From positions 102,920,001-102,984,000 of the forward strand of contig OZ360229.1 of assembly GCA_977017645.1 (NCBI GenBank): 64,000 nt of DNA. Direction: 5' to 3'. Position 1 is the first letter of the stretch. Every line of letters starts with the position of its first letter. Below are positions 50,045 through 63,552 of this stretch, one piece after another. The translations under genes and the position numbers were made by a program. The notes beneath the pieces are model-generated. The model worked only from the letters and a program-made list of their open reading frames with translations. It was not told the origin of the DNA and did no database searches. The DNA is from Torpedo marmorata. Lineage: Eukaryota.

Positions 50045-51594
50045 CAGTGACGTATCTAGGGAAAATAGCGCCTATGGCAAGCACTGAAATTGCGCCCCCC
50101 CCCGTTAAAACTTACTTACTTCAACCCTTCACCACGCAACCATCCCTCACCACCGCCACGTCATCCACTTCGCCTTCCCTACCTGACCTCACTGCTGTAG
50201 AACCCTAAAACAGTCATATCCAACGTTGTGTTTGATATATTGAGATATTGGAAAATAATCTACACCTTAAAAAACACGACAGTCGTTTCAATTAAAAAAA
50301 ACCCTCTGCCTACTTCAAAGGCCAGCATTCGCTGAATGAAAGCAGCGAGCGGCATTCCCCTGGCCAGAGCGGAGCGGCCAAAGTTAAAGGTATTGAGTGG
50401 CTGTCACTGTCCCCGCGGGGGCCCGCTCTTACCTTCGGTGGAAAGGTGACTCTCGGCGCCGAGCACCTGGTGGGAGAGAAGCAGGAAGATGCCAAAGCCC
50501 ATGCTCAAACTCATCCTTCAGCGCACACCCTCCTCAGCCCTGGCTCCAACAGGAGACAGGGGAGGGTTTGGAGTCGGGCGTCGGGAACTCCAGTGTAGGC
50601 CGAGGGGAGGGTTCGGAGTCGTGTGTCAAGAGCTCCGGTCACTGCAGCTCCCGATGCCTGACATCGAACCCTCCTCTCGGCCTACCGCATACCGGAGCTC
50701 CCAATGCCCGACTCCGAACCCTCCCCTCGGCCTACCGCATACCGGAGCTCCCGATGCCTGACATCGAACCCTCCTCTCGGCCTACCGCACACAGGAGCTC
50801 CCGACGCCCAACTCCAAACCCTTCCCTCGGCCTACAGGCGCACACCTGAGCTCCCGACGCTGACTCTGAACTCTCCCCTCGGCCGGAGCCCGGTGTGCGT
50901 GTGCAGTAGGCCGAGGGGAGGGTTCGGAGTCGGGCGTTGGGAGCTCCGCTGTAGGCCAACGCTTGCTCATCAAAGAACCACGATAAAAGACACTCACCGA
51001 CACCATTTATGTTTTCTTCACAAGATTACCAAATTCCCGTGTGGAAATAGCGAAAGAAAACCTATCGTCCCCCGTATCCCTGCTGTAATGGATCAGGTTG
51101 GAACGGGAGCCGTTGGCCGTTCCTTTGCCGTTAAAGTTGATACAGTTTAATTTCATGCCTTTGCTGCAGTTTGGTTTGGCACTTTCTGGGTCCCCTCGCA
51201 CCAGTGAAAGCAGTTGTTGAGAAAAAGAGAGCCACCAAGTTTAACCCCACCGCCAACAAAGCTCTACATTTCCTGGTGGTTTTCATTGTGCCCTGAACTG
51301 TCTGTCACCTGTCAGGAGTTGAGGGCGAGTCTTCACTGACAATGCAAACAGCTGGTATTTCTGGTCTGCATTGAAACCTGGTAAACAATTCAAACCAATG
51401 CTGTGCATCCACCGCTGCCGTGTCGGGAGTTAGATGGGGGATGGGGGGTGGTTGGGGGGGGTGGGGGGTGGGGGTTGGTGACGGACAGCCGGGGCTAGGA
51501 GCGAGGCGGTCGGACGAGGCGAGGACAGTGGTGTCCCCCTTCAAGTGGTGCCCAGGGTACGTGCCCTGGCTGCCACACCCTAGATACTTCTATG
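50045..51594. mobile_element. Non-autonomous hAT DNA transposon
   Basis: 8-bp TSD CAACCATT (50037-50044, 51595-51602); imperfect TIRs CAGTGACGTATCTAGGG and CCCTAGATACTTCTATG; internal tandem and inverted repeats. Confidence 0.85.
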
Positions 51595-52133
51595 CAACCA
51601 TTGGAACCATAACATGGCTCATTTCACTTATTGTCACTGCAGACCATTAGGTCTTGAATAACCCTGCCTTCTCGTATGCCTCCAGGACTTTTTCCCTCAA
51701 GATAGTGAGCAGAGACATTTGGAAATTCCCAGAAATGACAGACATCTCATATTTGCGATTTTACCAGCACTCCAGTTAAGGTGGAAATCCATCAAAATTC
51801 TTGAAGAATTACAGCTTCCCACCTGTTTTCCAAAAATTCTGCCTTTGAAAACCACATTGATTCTGTCTGTGCATGCTTTATTGTCTTTGCACCTTGGATG
51901 TTCAGAATCACATGGTATCTCTTTTCATTATCATTGTGCCTCTTGTGTGAACTCTTGTCGCTGAATCTTACTGCTGTTTCACAGGAGCATGAAGAACTAG
52001 AATGGGAAAAAAATCTGCACGTAAATGGTGAAAATGAATGAATGGTTAATGAGCTAAAGTGTTGCTGTAAGTTTAATGCAGCCCCAAGCCACAGCATGAG
52101 ACTCAACACACTGTCGTTTGTCTGCAGGAGGGG

Positions 52134-55100
52134 TGTGGTAAACCACTTTTGTATGTATTATAGCCTGAGGCAAGGATGACCATGACCTGTCTGTCTGTCC
52201 CGGTGACCCCTCCCCCTTTACCTGGAATAAAGGCCTTGAGCCAGCAACTCCTCCCCAGTTCCGGGACAATCCAGCAGGGATCAACCAGGTCAAGGTATAG
52301 CTAGCCCTGGCTTTGATTCTGTTAATAAAAGCCTGTTAATTCCTGCACTTCCAGACTCGCGTCTGTTATTGATAGGCATATCAATTTTATTAACAGTCTC
52401 AAGAAAATCCAAATCAGATGGAGAATTTCTTACGGCCAGATAAGCTAGACATCGACCCCCTGGCCCAAGACGCTGCAAGTGATTTCGAACTCTGGCTGCG
52501 CTGCTTCCTTGCCTACATGAGGTCGTCCGGAGCAACTAATGACGAACAGAAACTCGATATCCTCATGTCTAGGGTAAGCAAGCGAGTGTATGTCACCGTC
52601 AGGGACTGTGAGACTTTCGACAATGCCCTAGACGCACTCCGAACGCTGTACCTGACGCCGGTGAACGAGATTTTCGCAAGGCACCGGCTATCGCAGCGGT
52701 ACCAGCGACCCGGAGAGTCGGTCTCTGAGTACATCCAGGACGTGATGCTCCTGGTGCGGGCGTGCGACTGCCGAGCCCTGACGGCCGAGCAACATGCCGA
52801 GACACTGGCAAGGGACACGATTATAATGGGGATCAGGTCGGGCTATATCCGCCAGCGATTGCTGGAACACGCCGACCTGACCCTGAAATCGACCGTCCAG
52901 AACATCCTTACGCTGGACTCAGCCCTAAAGAACGCTGACGCCATGCAGGCGCAGCCTGCGTCGTGGATCGCCCCAACCGCCAGCCCTGCAAACAACGCGA
53001 CCGCCGCTGCCGTCTACCAGGACCCGATCGCCGCCGCCGACGCTATCCGTGAGTTGGCCGCTGCCGTCGCTGCCCGAGAGCCCGCCGCCACCCGCGAGGT
53101 AACCGCTGCCGCTGTCACCCGGGAGCCCGAGAAGTGCTACTTCTGCGGGCTCGACAAACACCCGCGCAAGCGCTGCCCGGCCAGAGACGCGACTTGTTCT
53201 AGCTGTGGCAAGAAAGGCCACTATGCTAAGGCCTGCCGCTCCAAGTCGCGTACGGGTCCGAGCAGCGCCGCGTGCGAGGTACGGGAGCGGCCATCTTACT
53301 CGACTCCACTTCCGGCGGAGACCTCGTGCGAGGTCTGGAGGCGGCCATCACAGCGCGCTTCACTTCCGGTGGAGACCTCGTGCGAGGACTGGAGGTGGCC
53401 ATCTTGGTCGACACCCCCGCTCTCTACATTTCCGGCGCGGCCATTTTATAACCTCACCGCGGCCCTGCCAGCACTCCCAGCACTTCCGGCGCCGCCATAC
53501 CGTAGCGACACGTGTGAGCTACGGGAGCTGCCACCGGATCAAGACGTCTCGTCGGATCAAGACTTCGTCTCGACCCTGGCATCCGTGACACTGGACCAGA
53601 GCGCGCCCCATCAACTGTCCAGGTCAATGATGGACATCTTCGTTGAGGGACATAAGACCTCCTGCCTGTTCGACACAGGCAGTACCGAAAGTTTTATACA
53701 TCCGGACACTGCCCAACGCTGTGGCCTCACCATTGTACCGGTAAGCCAGAGGGTGGCCATGGCGTCTGGAACGCACACAACAGACATCCGGGGGGGTTGT
53801 GTGGCGAATATAGTAGTGCAGGGCACGGAATACCGGGAATTTTCATTGTTAGTCATGCCCCGTTTGTGTGCGAGTGTATTGCTGGGATTGGACTTCCAAA
53901 GCCACCTGCGTAGCGTCACCATGCACTATGATGGGCCCCACCCCCCGATTGTAGTGGAAAACCCCCAATATTTGAAAAACACGCCCCAGACTACCTGTGG
54001 TCTCTCCACGCTGAGGACCCGACCCCCGCCACTCTTCGCCAACCTGACCTCTGACTGTAAGCCCATCGCAACTAAAAGCAGGCGATACAGTGCAGGGGAC
54101 AGGGCATTTATTAAGGCGGAGGTGCAGCGTTTACTGGGGGAAGGGATCATTGCACCCAGTAACAGCCCTTGGAGAGCGCAGGTAGTCGTGGTGAAGAACG
54201 GGGCTAAGAGCCGAATGGTGGTGGACTATAGCCAGACCATCAATCGGTTCACGCAACTGGATGCCTATCCGCTACCAAGGATCGCGGATATGGTCAACCA
54301 GATTGCCCAATATAAAGTGTTTTCCACCATCGACCTAAAGTCGGCTTACCACCAGCTCCCGATCCGCCGGGAGGAACGAGTGTACACTGCTTTCGAGGCG
54401 GACGGCAGATTATTTCATTTTCTGCGCGTCCCCTTCGGGGTAACAAATGGGGTATCCGTGTTCCAAAAGGAGATGGACAGGATCATTGACCAGTTCAAGC
54501 TCACTGCCACCTTCCCGTACCTGGACGACATCACCATTTGTGGTCATGATCGCCAGGATCACGATAGGAACCTTCGGAAGTTCTTACAGGCGGCCGAGAC
54601 GCTGAACCTCACCTATAACAAGGAGAAATGCGTGTTCGGGACTACCCGACTAGCTATCCTGGGGTGCGTCGTGGAAAACGGGGTGATTGGACCCGACCCC
54701 GACCGCATGCGCCCCCTGTTGGAACTTCCGATCCCCGTTACCCCCAAAGCACTTAAACAATGCCTCGGGTTTTTCTCCTATTATGCGCAGTGGGTCCCAA
54801 ACTACGCGGACAAAGCCCGGCCCCTCGTCAAATCCACCAAGTTTCCCCTTGCAGCGGAGGCACGTGAGGCTTTCGACCTCATAAAAGGGGACATCGCCCG
54901 AGCAGCGATGCACGCGGTGGACGAGTCGGAACCTTTTCAGGTAGAGAGTGACGCCTCGGACTTCGCACTGGCTGCTACCCTCAACCAGGCGGGAAGGCCG
55001 GTAGCGTTTTTCTCCCGCACCCTTCAAGGCCCCGAAATTCGGCACTCCGCGGTAGAGAAAGAGGCCCAGGCCATTGTCGAGGCTGTTCGGCACTGGAGGC

Positions 55101-56873
55101 ACTATCTCGCCGGAAAACATTTTACCCTGCTGACGGACCAGCGCTCCGTCGCATTTATGTTTAACAGCCAGCAGCGGGGTAAAATTAAAAACGACAAAAT
55201 CATGAGGTGGAGAATTGAACTCTCCACCTATAATTACGACATCATGTACCGGCCCGGGAAGCTCAACGAGCCCCCTGACGCTCTATCCCGGGGATCGTGC
55301 GCCAGCGTGCAGATCGACCGGTTATACTCGCTACCTAACGACCTCTGCCACCCAGGAGTCACCAGGCTGTTCCACTTCATCAAAGCACGGAACCTGCCTT
55401 ACTCCCTGGAGGAGGTCAGAACCATGAACAGCAGCTGCCGAGTCTGTGCGGAATGCAAACCGCAGTACTACCGCCCCGACAGAGCACAGCTGGTCAAGGC
55501 CACCCGCCCATTCGAACGTCTCAGTATAGACTTCAAGGGCCCCCTTCCCTCCACGAACCGCAATGTGTACTTCCTCAACATCATCGATGAGTACTCGCGG
55601 TTCCCCTTCGCCATCCCATGCCCAGACACCTCGGCGGCGTCGGCTATCAAGGCTCTCCACCAGGTATTCACCGTGTTCGGTTTCCCCAGCTACGTCCATA
55701 GCGACCGGGGATCCGCGTTCATGAGCGAGGAGCTGCGGCAGCACTTGCAGACCCGAGGCATCGCCACCAGCAGAACCACGGGGTACAACCCACGGGGGAA
55801 CGGACAGGTGGAGAGGGAGAACGCCACAGTATGGACAGCGACACTACTGGCCCTCAAAGCAAAAGAGTGGCCAGTGGCTCGCTGGCAGGAGGTTCTCCCG
55901 GACGCCCTCCACTCCATACGTTCCCTTCTGTGTACTGCAACTAACGCTACCCCTCACGAACGTATCTTTTCCTTCCCCAGGAAATCGACCACTGGAACTA
56001 CACTCCCTGCCTGGCTGACGTCCCCGGGGCCGGTGCTACTCCGCAAACACCTTCGGAGTAGCAAGTACGAGCCCTTGGTTGAGAGGGTGCAGCTGCTCCA
56101 TGCGAACCCATAGTACGCATTCGTTGTTTTCCCTGACAGACGGGAAGACACGGTGTCCATACGGGACCTGGCGCCTGCAGGAGCGTCAGACGAGGTCCCC
56201 GACAGCGGGAACGCCGGGTCGCAGCTGCCCCCTCCGGCCTATCCGCCTCCTAGCACGGCGGGTACAACGCCCCAGCCGCTGCTGGACAGGCCACTAGCCA
56301 GGCAGGAGGCAAACCAGGCCCAGATCCACCCTACTACACCCACTCCCGTCCCACAACCACAACCGCCCCCGCAGGCATCACGTACACTCATTCCGCAACC
56401 ACTACCATCACCGGTGGCGCTACGCAGGTCACGGCGGCAAATCCGGCCGCCGGTGAGGCTCAATTTGTAAATACTACGCATAACCTATAGGCATTTATTT
56501 GTATTTTTTTTTTCTCTCTTAAGAATCCATTTGCACACTATGTATATAATCTATAAGCATTTGTATTTCCTGTGGCGTCCACTTCACCCCCCCCGTCGGA
56601 CTTGTTCTAAAAGAAGGGGTGAATGTGGTAAACCACTTTTGTATGTATTATAGCCTGAGGCAAGGATGACCATGACCTGTCTGTCTGTCCCGGTGACCCC
56701 TCCCCCTTTACCTGGAATAAAGGCCTTGAGCCAGCAACTCCTCCCCAGTTCCGGGACAATCCAGCAGGGATCAACCAGGTCAAGGTATAGCTAGCCCTGG
56801 CTTTGATTCTGTTAATAAAAGCCTGTTAATTCCTGCACTTCCAGACTCGCGTCTGTTATTGATAGGCATATCA
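52134..56873 (+). mobile_element. Full-length young Gypsy LTR retrotransposon (LTRs 52134-52383 and 56624-56873)
   Basis: 250-bp LTRs identical by eye; TG..CA termini; 5-bp TSD AGGGG; PPT AAAAGAAGGGGTGAA. Confidence 0.96.
52418..56470 (+). CDS. Gypsy Gag-Pol polyprotein, single frame, with one in-frame TAG at 56111-56113
   Basis: Zn knuckles CYFCGLDKHPRKRC and CSSCGKKGHYAKAC; protease LFDTGS; RT IDLKSAYHQ, PFGVTNG, YLDD; RNase H ESDASD..EKEA..TDQR; integrase IDFKGP/SDRG/VEREN; the frame continues after TAG to 56470. Confidence 0.92.
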
Positions 56874-57691
56874 AGGGGATCTGGACTTTCTGACACAACA
56901 GATTTCAAAATATCATAGGAACTTCAAGTTCCAAAGTCTGCAATTTGCTGACCAATACCAACTTCTTTTAGAAAGTGAAGTGCTATCTCAATCATTAAAG
57001 CAGTAATAAGTAATTAGCAAAGCTACAATTCACACTGTTGATAGAGCTCTGAGTAGTTTCATTTCGGGATTATTGAACCTTTGTTAAGTGCTAATTAAAT
57101 AATTTGTGATCTTCTCTGATCAACAAGTTATCTAATTTGCAAGGGTCTGCCTATTTGCGGCCTTTCCTCTGATTTCCTGGTAATTCTGCAGATTGTGTTC
57201 ATTGTGCACTCGTGTGTGACAGGACATCCCTCTTGCTCTTTTTACTTTCCTCACAGTCACAGTGAAATTTTGCAGCTGGCAGTAAAGCTCCCAAGGTTCT
57301 CCTGGTGCTTCTGTTGTTATCTTTCTGCATGGCAGAGAGAGCTGCAAGCAGCAATTGGATATCTCAGCCTGGGCTCGAGATCCCCATGCCGTTTTCAATA
57401 TCTCTTATTGGCAAAAGGCCCCCACACTGTCTCCCATTACCTCCACTGAACAGAGATATTTAGAAGCGATTGAAAGATGCTTAAATACAAAATCTAATAA
57501 TTTAAAAAATCATAAATTCACTTAAACACATTTAACTAATATCTCTTAATTAAAAAGTCAATGTTTTGGGTCGGAACTCTTTATCGAGAATCAGTGGATG
57601 CTGCCCAGCAAGCTGAGTCCCTCCAGCTTCTTTGTTCATGCGAGATTCCGGCAGTTCTTATGTTTCTCTGGCCTACTTTCATTTGGTCTCT

Positions 57692-57960
57692 AGGGCAGCA
57701 CGGTTAGCGTAGAGGGTGGCACGGATAGCGTAGCGGTTAGCGCAACGTTGTTACAGTGCCAGCGACCCGGGTTCGAATATCGCGCTGTTGGTAAGGAGTT
57801 TGTACGTTTTCTCCGTGTTTGTGTGGGTTGCCTCCGGGTGCTCTGGTTTCCTCCCACCCTTCAAAGCGTACAGGGGTTGTAGGTTAATTGGGGTATTTGG
57901 GTGGCACGGGCTCATAGGTCAGAAGGGCCTGTTACTGTGCTGTGTGTCTAAATTTAAAAT
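57692..57960 (+). mobile_element. tRNA-derived SINE with a duplicated 5' head
   Basis: GGGCAGCACGGTTAGCGTAG followed by GGGTGGCACGGATAGCGTAG, then the normal SINE body. Confidence 0.8.
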
Positions 57961-58544
57961 TTAATTTAAATTTATCTTGTTCATCAGCCCCGTTCAGGTG
58001 AGGGAGGCTAGTCCAAGCACAGCAGGCAATTAATGTCATAGACATGAGGACAGGATAAGAAGATTGTTTGGCCCCCTCAGTTCAGTGTTGTGGAATGCCC
58101 CAGAGCTCAGTGCTAAGTTCAAGAATGGAATTAGAGATCAGACTGAGCAGACCGGATCCACGCCTCTGTGCTACAACACAAAGGCAGGATGTCTGGGATG
58201 GGCTGAGAAATGCACTACAGCTAACGCTTGCTGTCTACGAAATCTGGCTTCATGTGAACTTGCTGTGAGTCTAGATACACCTGAACCCTTGAGCTAGATC
58301 GGTTCTTAGTGTAAAAAATAGACAACTTGTTTTGCATTTCTTCTAGTTTTATTCCCACTGCCCACCCTATGTTTGCAGCAAGTTATTACTCTGCATTGCA
58401 GATGGGGAACTCTGTCTTGTTTATAACTGTAACCTTATTTTCTAGTTCCTTTGCAAACTGTTTAAAAGTTGCATTGTTAATACAGCAGTCATTCTGAGTA
58501 GTCTTGGTGATGGTGGGGGGGGGGGGTGGGGTGGATGGGCGAGG

Positions 58545-58790
58545 CGTTGCGCGCTTAGCGCAATGCCTTTACAGCGCCAGTGATCAGGACCGGGGTTCGA
58601 ATCCCGCGCTGTCTGTAAGGAGTTTGTACGTTCTCCCCGTGTCTGCGTGGGTTTTCCCCGGGGGCTCCGGTTTCCTCCCACCGTTTGAAACATACCAGGG
58701 GTGTAGGTTAATTGGGTGTAAATTGGGCGGCACAGACACGTGGGCTGAAATGGCCTGTTACTGTGCTGTATGTCTAAATTTTTAAAAATT
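58545..58790 (+). mobile_element. tRNA-derived SINE (HE1-like)
   Basis: Closely matches the 14905 copy; AT-rich tail. Confidence 0.82.
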
Positions 58791-59720
58791 TAATTTAAAT
58801 TTTAAAAATTTAAATTTAAAAAAGAAACATCTCTGCAAGAACTGGTTTGTGAATTAAATACTTCATTGCCTGAAGCAAATTTTCCATATACCTATGATCA
58901 CCCGATCATCAGCCCAGCCCACTGCTCCTTCCAATGCATACCAAAGAGAAATTTGGTTCATAAACTCAGAATGTCAATCTATCACACACATAGCACAGTT
59001 TTAAAGATCTATGTAAGTTCCAGGGATGGAACAGCATACTTTGGTTTCCAGATATATTTATTTTCCAATTAACCTCAAAGCCTTTACTCATAAGACAAGA
59101 AGTCCCTGGATTGCTACAAAGATGAATTTGCTATTTAGCTGCTTCACATGCATCTTCCAGGAATAATGACAGTACACTGCCTCTTCGAACAGCTCTGTTT
59201 CATTGTCAATCCACAGGGTCCTGTTGCAAGGAAGATTTTTACCATATAGCTCTCAGCGGCACACTGCTCAGTTGATCACCATATGAAAAAGGCTTGTATC
59301 AAAATATTTTCTTTGAAGCTACTGTGTATGCCTTTGTAAAGAGGAAAATAAATATTAGTCTCTCCTTAATGAACTGGATTCTGCTGATGGCCAGCCAGTA
59401 GTTCAGCACAGAAGCATGGGTTTGTTGCAGTGCTCATGGTAATGCATCTGGAGGGAAAGTGCAGAACAAGCAGGAAATCTGATCCTCCCACTCCACCCAT
59501 GGGCCCCAGCAGTGGCTTGTAATAATCTGAGTTGTACGTTGTGTAGTTTTTTTTGCACTACCAATAAGTGGTAATTCTGCCTCACCCACAGGAAAAAGAA
59601 TCTCAGGGTTGTATGTGATGTCATGTATGTACTCTGACAATAAATCTGAAATCTGAATCTGAAATCTGAGCTAAGGGGTCGGAACTACCAGATCTATACC
59701 CTTAGCTTGAAACCCAACAT

Positions 59721-60310
59721 ATCAGAATCAGAATCAGAATTTATTGTCATGAACAAGTCATGAAATTTGGTGTTTTGCGGCAGCATCATAGTGCAAACAT
59801 TCATATTATAACTATCTTACAACATTACTATTAAAAAAATAATAGTGCACGAAAAGTAAGCCCGTGTCTTTGGTTCATTGATTATTCAGGAATCTGATGG
59901 CAGTGGGGAAGAAGCTGTCCTTGTGCCATTGAGTGCTCGTCTTTAGGCTCCTGTACCTTTTTCCCAATGGTAACAGAGTGAAGAGGGCATGGCCTGGGTG
60001 GTGGGGGTCTTTAAGGATAGAGGCTGCTTTTTTAAGACATAGCCTCATGTAGATGTCCTCGATGGAGTGAAGTCTGGTGCCTGTGATATCGCAGGCCGAG
60101 TTAACAACCCTCTTGAGTTTATTCTTGTCCTGAGAGTTGGCACCTCCATACCAGGCAGTGATGCAACCAGCCAGAATGCTCTCCACGGTACACCTGTAGA
60201 AGTTTTCGAGAGTCATCGGTGACATACCGAATCTCCTCAGACACTTCACAAAGTATAGCTGCTGGCGAGCCTTCTTTGTGATTGCATCAACATGGAGGCT
60301 CCAGGACAGA
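59721..60310 (-). mobile_element. Rex1/Babar-type LINE 3' fragment, same subfamily as 18286
   Basis: Highly similar to 18286-18870; (TCAGAA)n tail; another Rex1-like 3' tail lies on + at ~59540-59670. Confidence 0.9.
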
Positions 60311-61000
60311 ACCTGGTGGATATCTGGTGCATCCAATGTAATCCCATTCATTGAATGACCTTTGACTTTCACCAAACAGGTAAATGACAGATGGTTAGAT
60401 TTTTAAAACTATTTTAAATTAATATTTATATTTTCAATTAATTTACATACTGCATAGGGTTTTTAATTATTTTTCCAAAATGTTTCTTAATTTCATCAGA
60501 GACATTTGGAACCAATTGAAAAGATCTTTGACAGCACACATTGTGGGATGGGCCTTGGTTTCCATGACAGGTTGCTCTGACACCATAACCCAATCTCCCT
60601 GCCATATGGAGTGGCGCACTCACCGAAGGAAAGTACAACACTGCCATTTCATGAGGGGAAAATGCAAGACATAGACTGGGTCTAACATGATCAGCCCTAT
60701 TGTTTTGCAGTATGTTAAGTGCCATGCAAGCCCGCATTCAGTGGAGCAGATGAGCAATTTGAAAACCAAGTACGTTCAAGTCACTTGACATGGAAGATGA
60801 TTGACTGGTACATTTTCTGGTACATTACATGTTGACTGAAGCAGGAGAAGGTCATACAGTCGCTCGAGCTTGCTCTGTTAGAATGGGACGTTAACAACTG
60901 GGTTCATCTTTGGTCTTAGTTCCACTTTCCATCCTGATCCCCACAATTCCCCTGTTATCCAACATTAAACCAGCTGTGAGAATTCTGAAGATTCACATTC

Positions 61001-61451
61001 TTTTTTTTAAAATATTTTATTTAAAATTTTAAATCACAAAATACATAAGGTAAATATAAAATTATCAAAATACATGTGATACATTTTCACCCCCCCTACC
61101 TCCCTCCCCTCCCTAACCCTCCGACCCCTTCTAATCTAATAAAAGTAAAAAGAAAGAAAGAAAGAAAAAGGTAGTATTAGGAGAATGTCAATCTAAAAAA
61201 TACATCAATAACTAATTCTATTATGGAGGATAGGTTCGCCTGTCAGATCCAATGTCCAGAGATCTTCAAATCCTTAAACCAACAACTTTCATATAAGGGC
61301 TCTATATTTTCAAAAATAAATGATATTTATTATGTAAATTATAAGTAATTTTCTCAAGTGGTATACAGGAATGAAGTTCTGCATGCCATCTTTCTAACCC
61401 TAAATCTACATCAGATTTCCAAGTAATAGCAATACATTTCTTAGAAACAGC
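61001..61451 (-). mobile_element. L1 3' fragment, same subfamily as the 22085 L1
   Basis: Reverse complement of ~26475-26923; flanked by direct repeat AAGATTCACATTC(TTT). Confidence 0.88.
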
Positions 61452-63552
61452 AAGATTCACATTCTTTAAAGAATAGAATGTTTTGTATCTCTCCCCTTAT
61501 CTTCTTCTCCTGAGACTTTATCCACCTCTTGCTTCTCGACCTTCAGACATCCTCACAGCATCCACCCTGCCAAGCTCCCTCAGCATCTTACATGTGCCAC
61601 CTTTCACTCTTAAAAACTCCATAGAGAGATGTTACAGTGGACAAAAGGTGCTGCAGAAACTCAGCAGGTCACACAGCATCCATAGAAAGTAAAGGGCAGT
61701 TGACATTTCGGGCCTGACCCTTCTTCAGGAGTGCCCAAAATCAGGCAGGTGTATTTACGAAACCTGTCCTACTGCCTATCTCTAACAATAGTTGATACCG
61801 TGTTTGTTGATATCTAAATGCATAAATGGTGTAGCCTCCAGAATGAGGATGGAACTTATAGGTGTTGGTACAAGCTGTCATAAATAATTAACCATTATTA
61901 CGTCAAATAATGACTAATTATTTATCTCAGGAAGTTTCCACACGAGATTAATTAAATGCAATGACAAAGCAGATTGTACAGTATTTACAAATTGGTTTGG
62001 ACCAGATGGCTTAATTGCTTATTTTCTAATTTCATGCTTTCTTATCTTTATATAGTGTTTTGATTTTATCTTTTAAGTGCAATTATATCCCTTTTTCTGG
62101 TGTGGTCTAACAGTTTGAAGAATGCTCTTTTTAATTGGCATCATTTATCAAGGGAGCTGTACATCAATAAAGTTGGATTTTTATTTGAATCAAGAAAAGC
62201 AAATTTAAACTCAAACCAGGGAGATGTAACTAACTACTGCCCCATTGAAAATTGTGAGGGTGTAATGTAATCTCAGTATAGTTTAAACTACCCATAAGTA
62301 GAAATTCTGCCAGGCCCGCAGAAAAAATAATCTCAGGGTTGTATGTGATGTCATGTATGTACATAAATTTGAACTTGAAATTCATTGTCACAACTACCAA
62401 GATAGAGTGAGAAAGTTTGTTTTATGCACAATTCTGCTCGTCAAGCCATACATAGCAGTAAAAAAGCACAATGCAGAGTGGTGATTTAGAGGGTTACAGA
62501 CAGAACTGTAACTGTGAGTGAGAAGCATGGAGACTGGAGTTGTAGATATAAAACAACTAGCAGACATTCCGGAAGGAGAAAAAACAAACTGCTGGAGGAA
62601 TTCAGCAGGTCAGACAGCATTGTGGAGGGAAAGAGATAGTCAATGCTTCAGACCAAGATTCTACAGAGAATTTATTGTATTTTAACACCTCCTGCATCCA
62701 TTTTTTTTACCTTTTTGTAAATACATCAAAAGAATCTCACGAGTCCTGTATCAATCCTTTTATCATTTTATTTCCACGCACCTTTCCCACAAATTGTGTA
62801 ATTCCTCTCCCCATCATTTTACACGTGCTGTGCCTTCACTTTGTCATCTTGAGCTACAGCATGAAAGCAGATCTGGGCTGACCATCAAGTACACATTCAC
62901 ACTAATCCTACACTGTACATTTGTTCCAGTCCCATTTTGTTCACTATCATTCACCTACACAAGGGCTAAGTTATAGTTAACCAGTCAACCTGCACATCTT
63001 TGGGATGTGGGATGAAACCAGAGCACCCAGGAGGAACCCACAGGCAGAACATGCAAACTCCACATAGGCAGCACCCGAGATTGGAAGTGAACCTGGATAA
63101 CTGTTCTACTACCTGCACCATTGTGTCATGCCACGTGGAAATAATGTGTAATCCATTTGAATTGAGGAATGAATAATGTGCGCAGATTGTTCTGATGTGT
63201 CTAGAATTGTTCTTCTCTTTCCTGGTTAGTTTTTGTTCTGATGTGCCGGTTAACAATAATGTTCCCAATTCCTGAGATTTATTTCAGTCATTCTATTGAA
63301 TCTTACATCTGTCTCAAACCTGCAGTGACTTAGATTTTCAGAACTTATTTCTCTTAAAAGCAAAAAGAGTTCAGCAATTTCATTGCAGGAATCCATCAAT
63401 GAAACAGACCATAACAACTGATTTCTGAACTTAATATGTAGAGAAGGCACTGAGGATAATTAGTTCTATTCTCCGGTGTTGTTAAAAGCTTGGTGACCCT
63501 AAAAATAAAACAAATACAAAGGTAAATGCTACAAATTTCTGGGTTCAGGAAG

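Noticed and set aside
50397-51150. Overlapping Pro/Arg-rich ORFs as a transposase
   Set aside because: Derived from GC-rich tandem repeats; no hAT transposase motifs.
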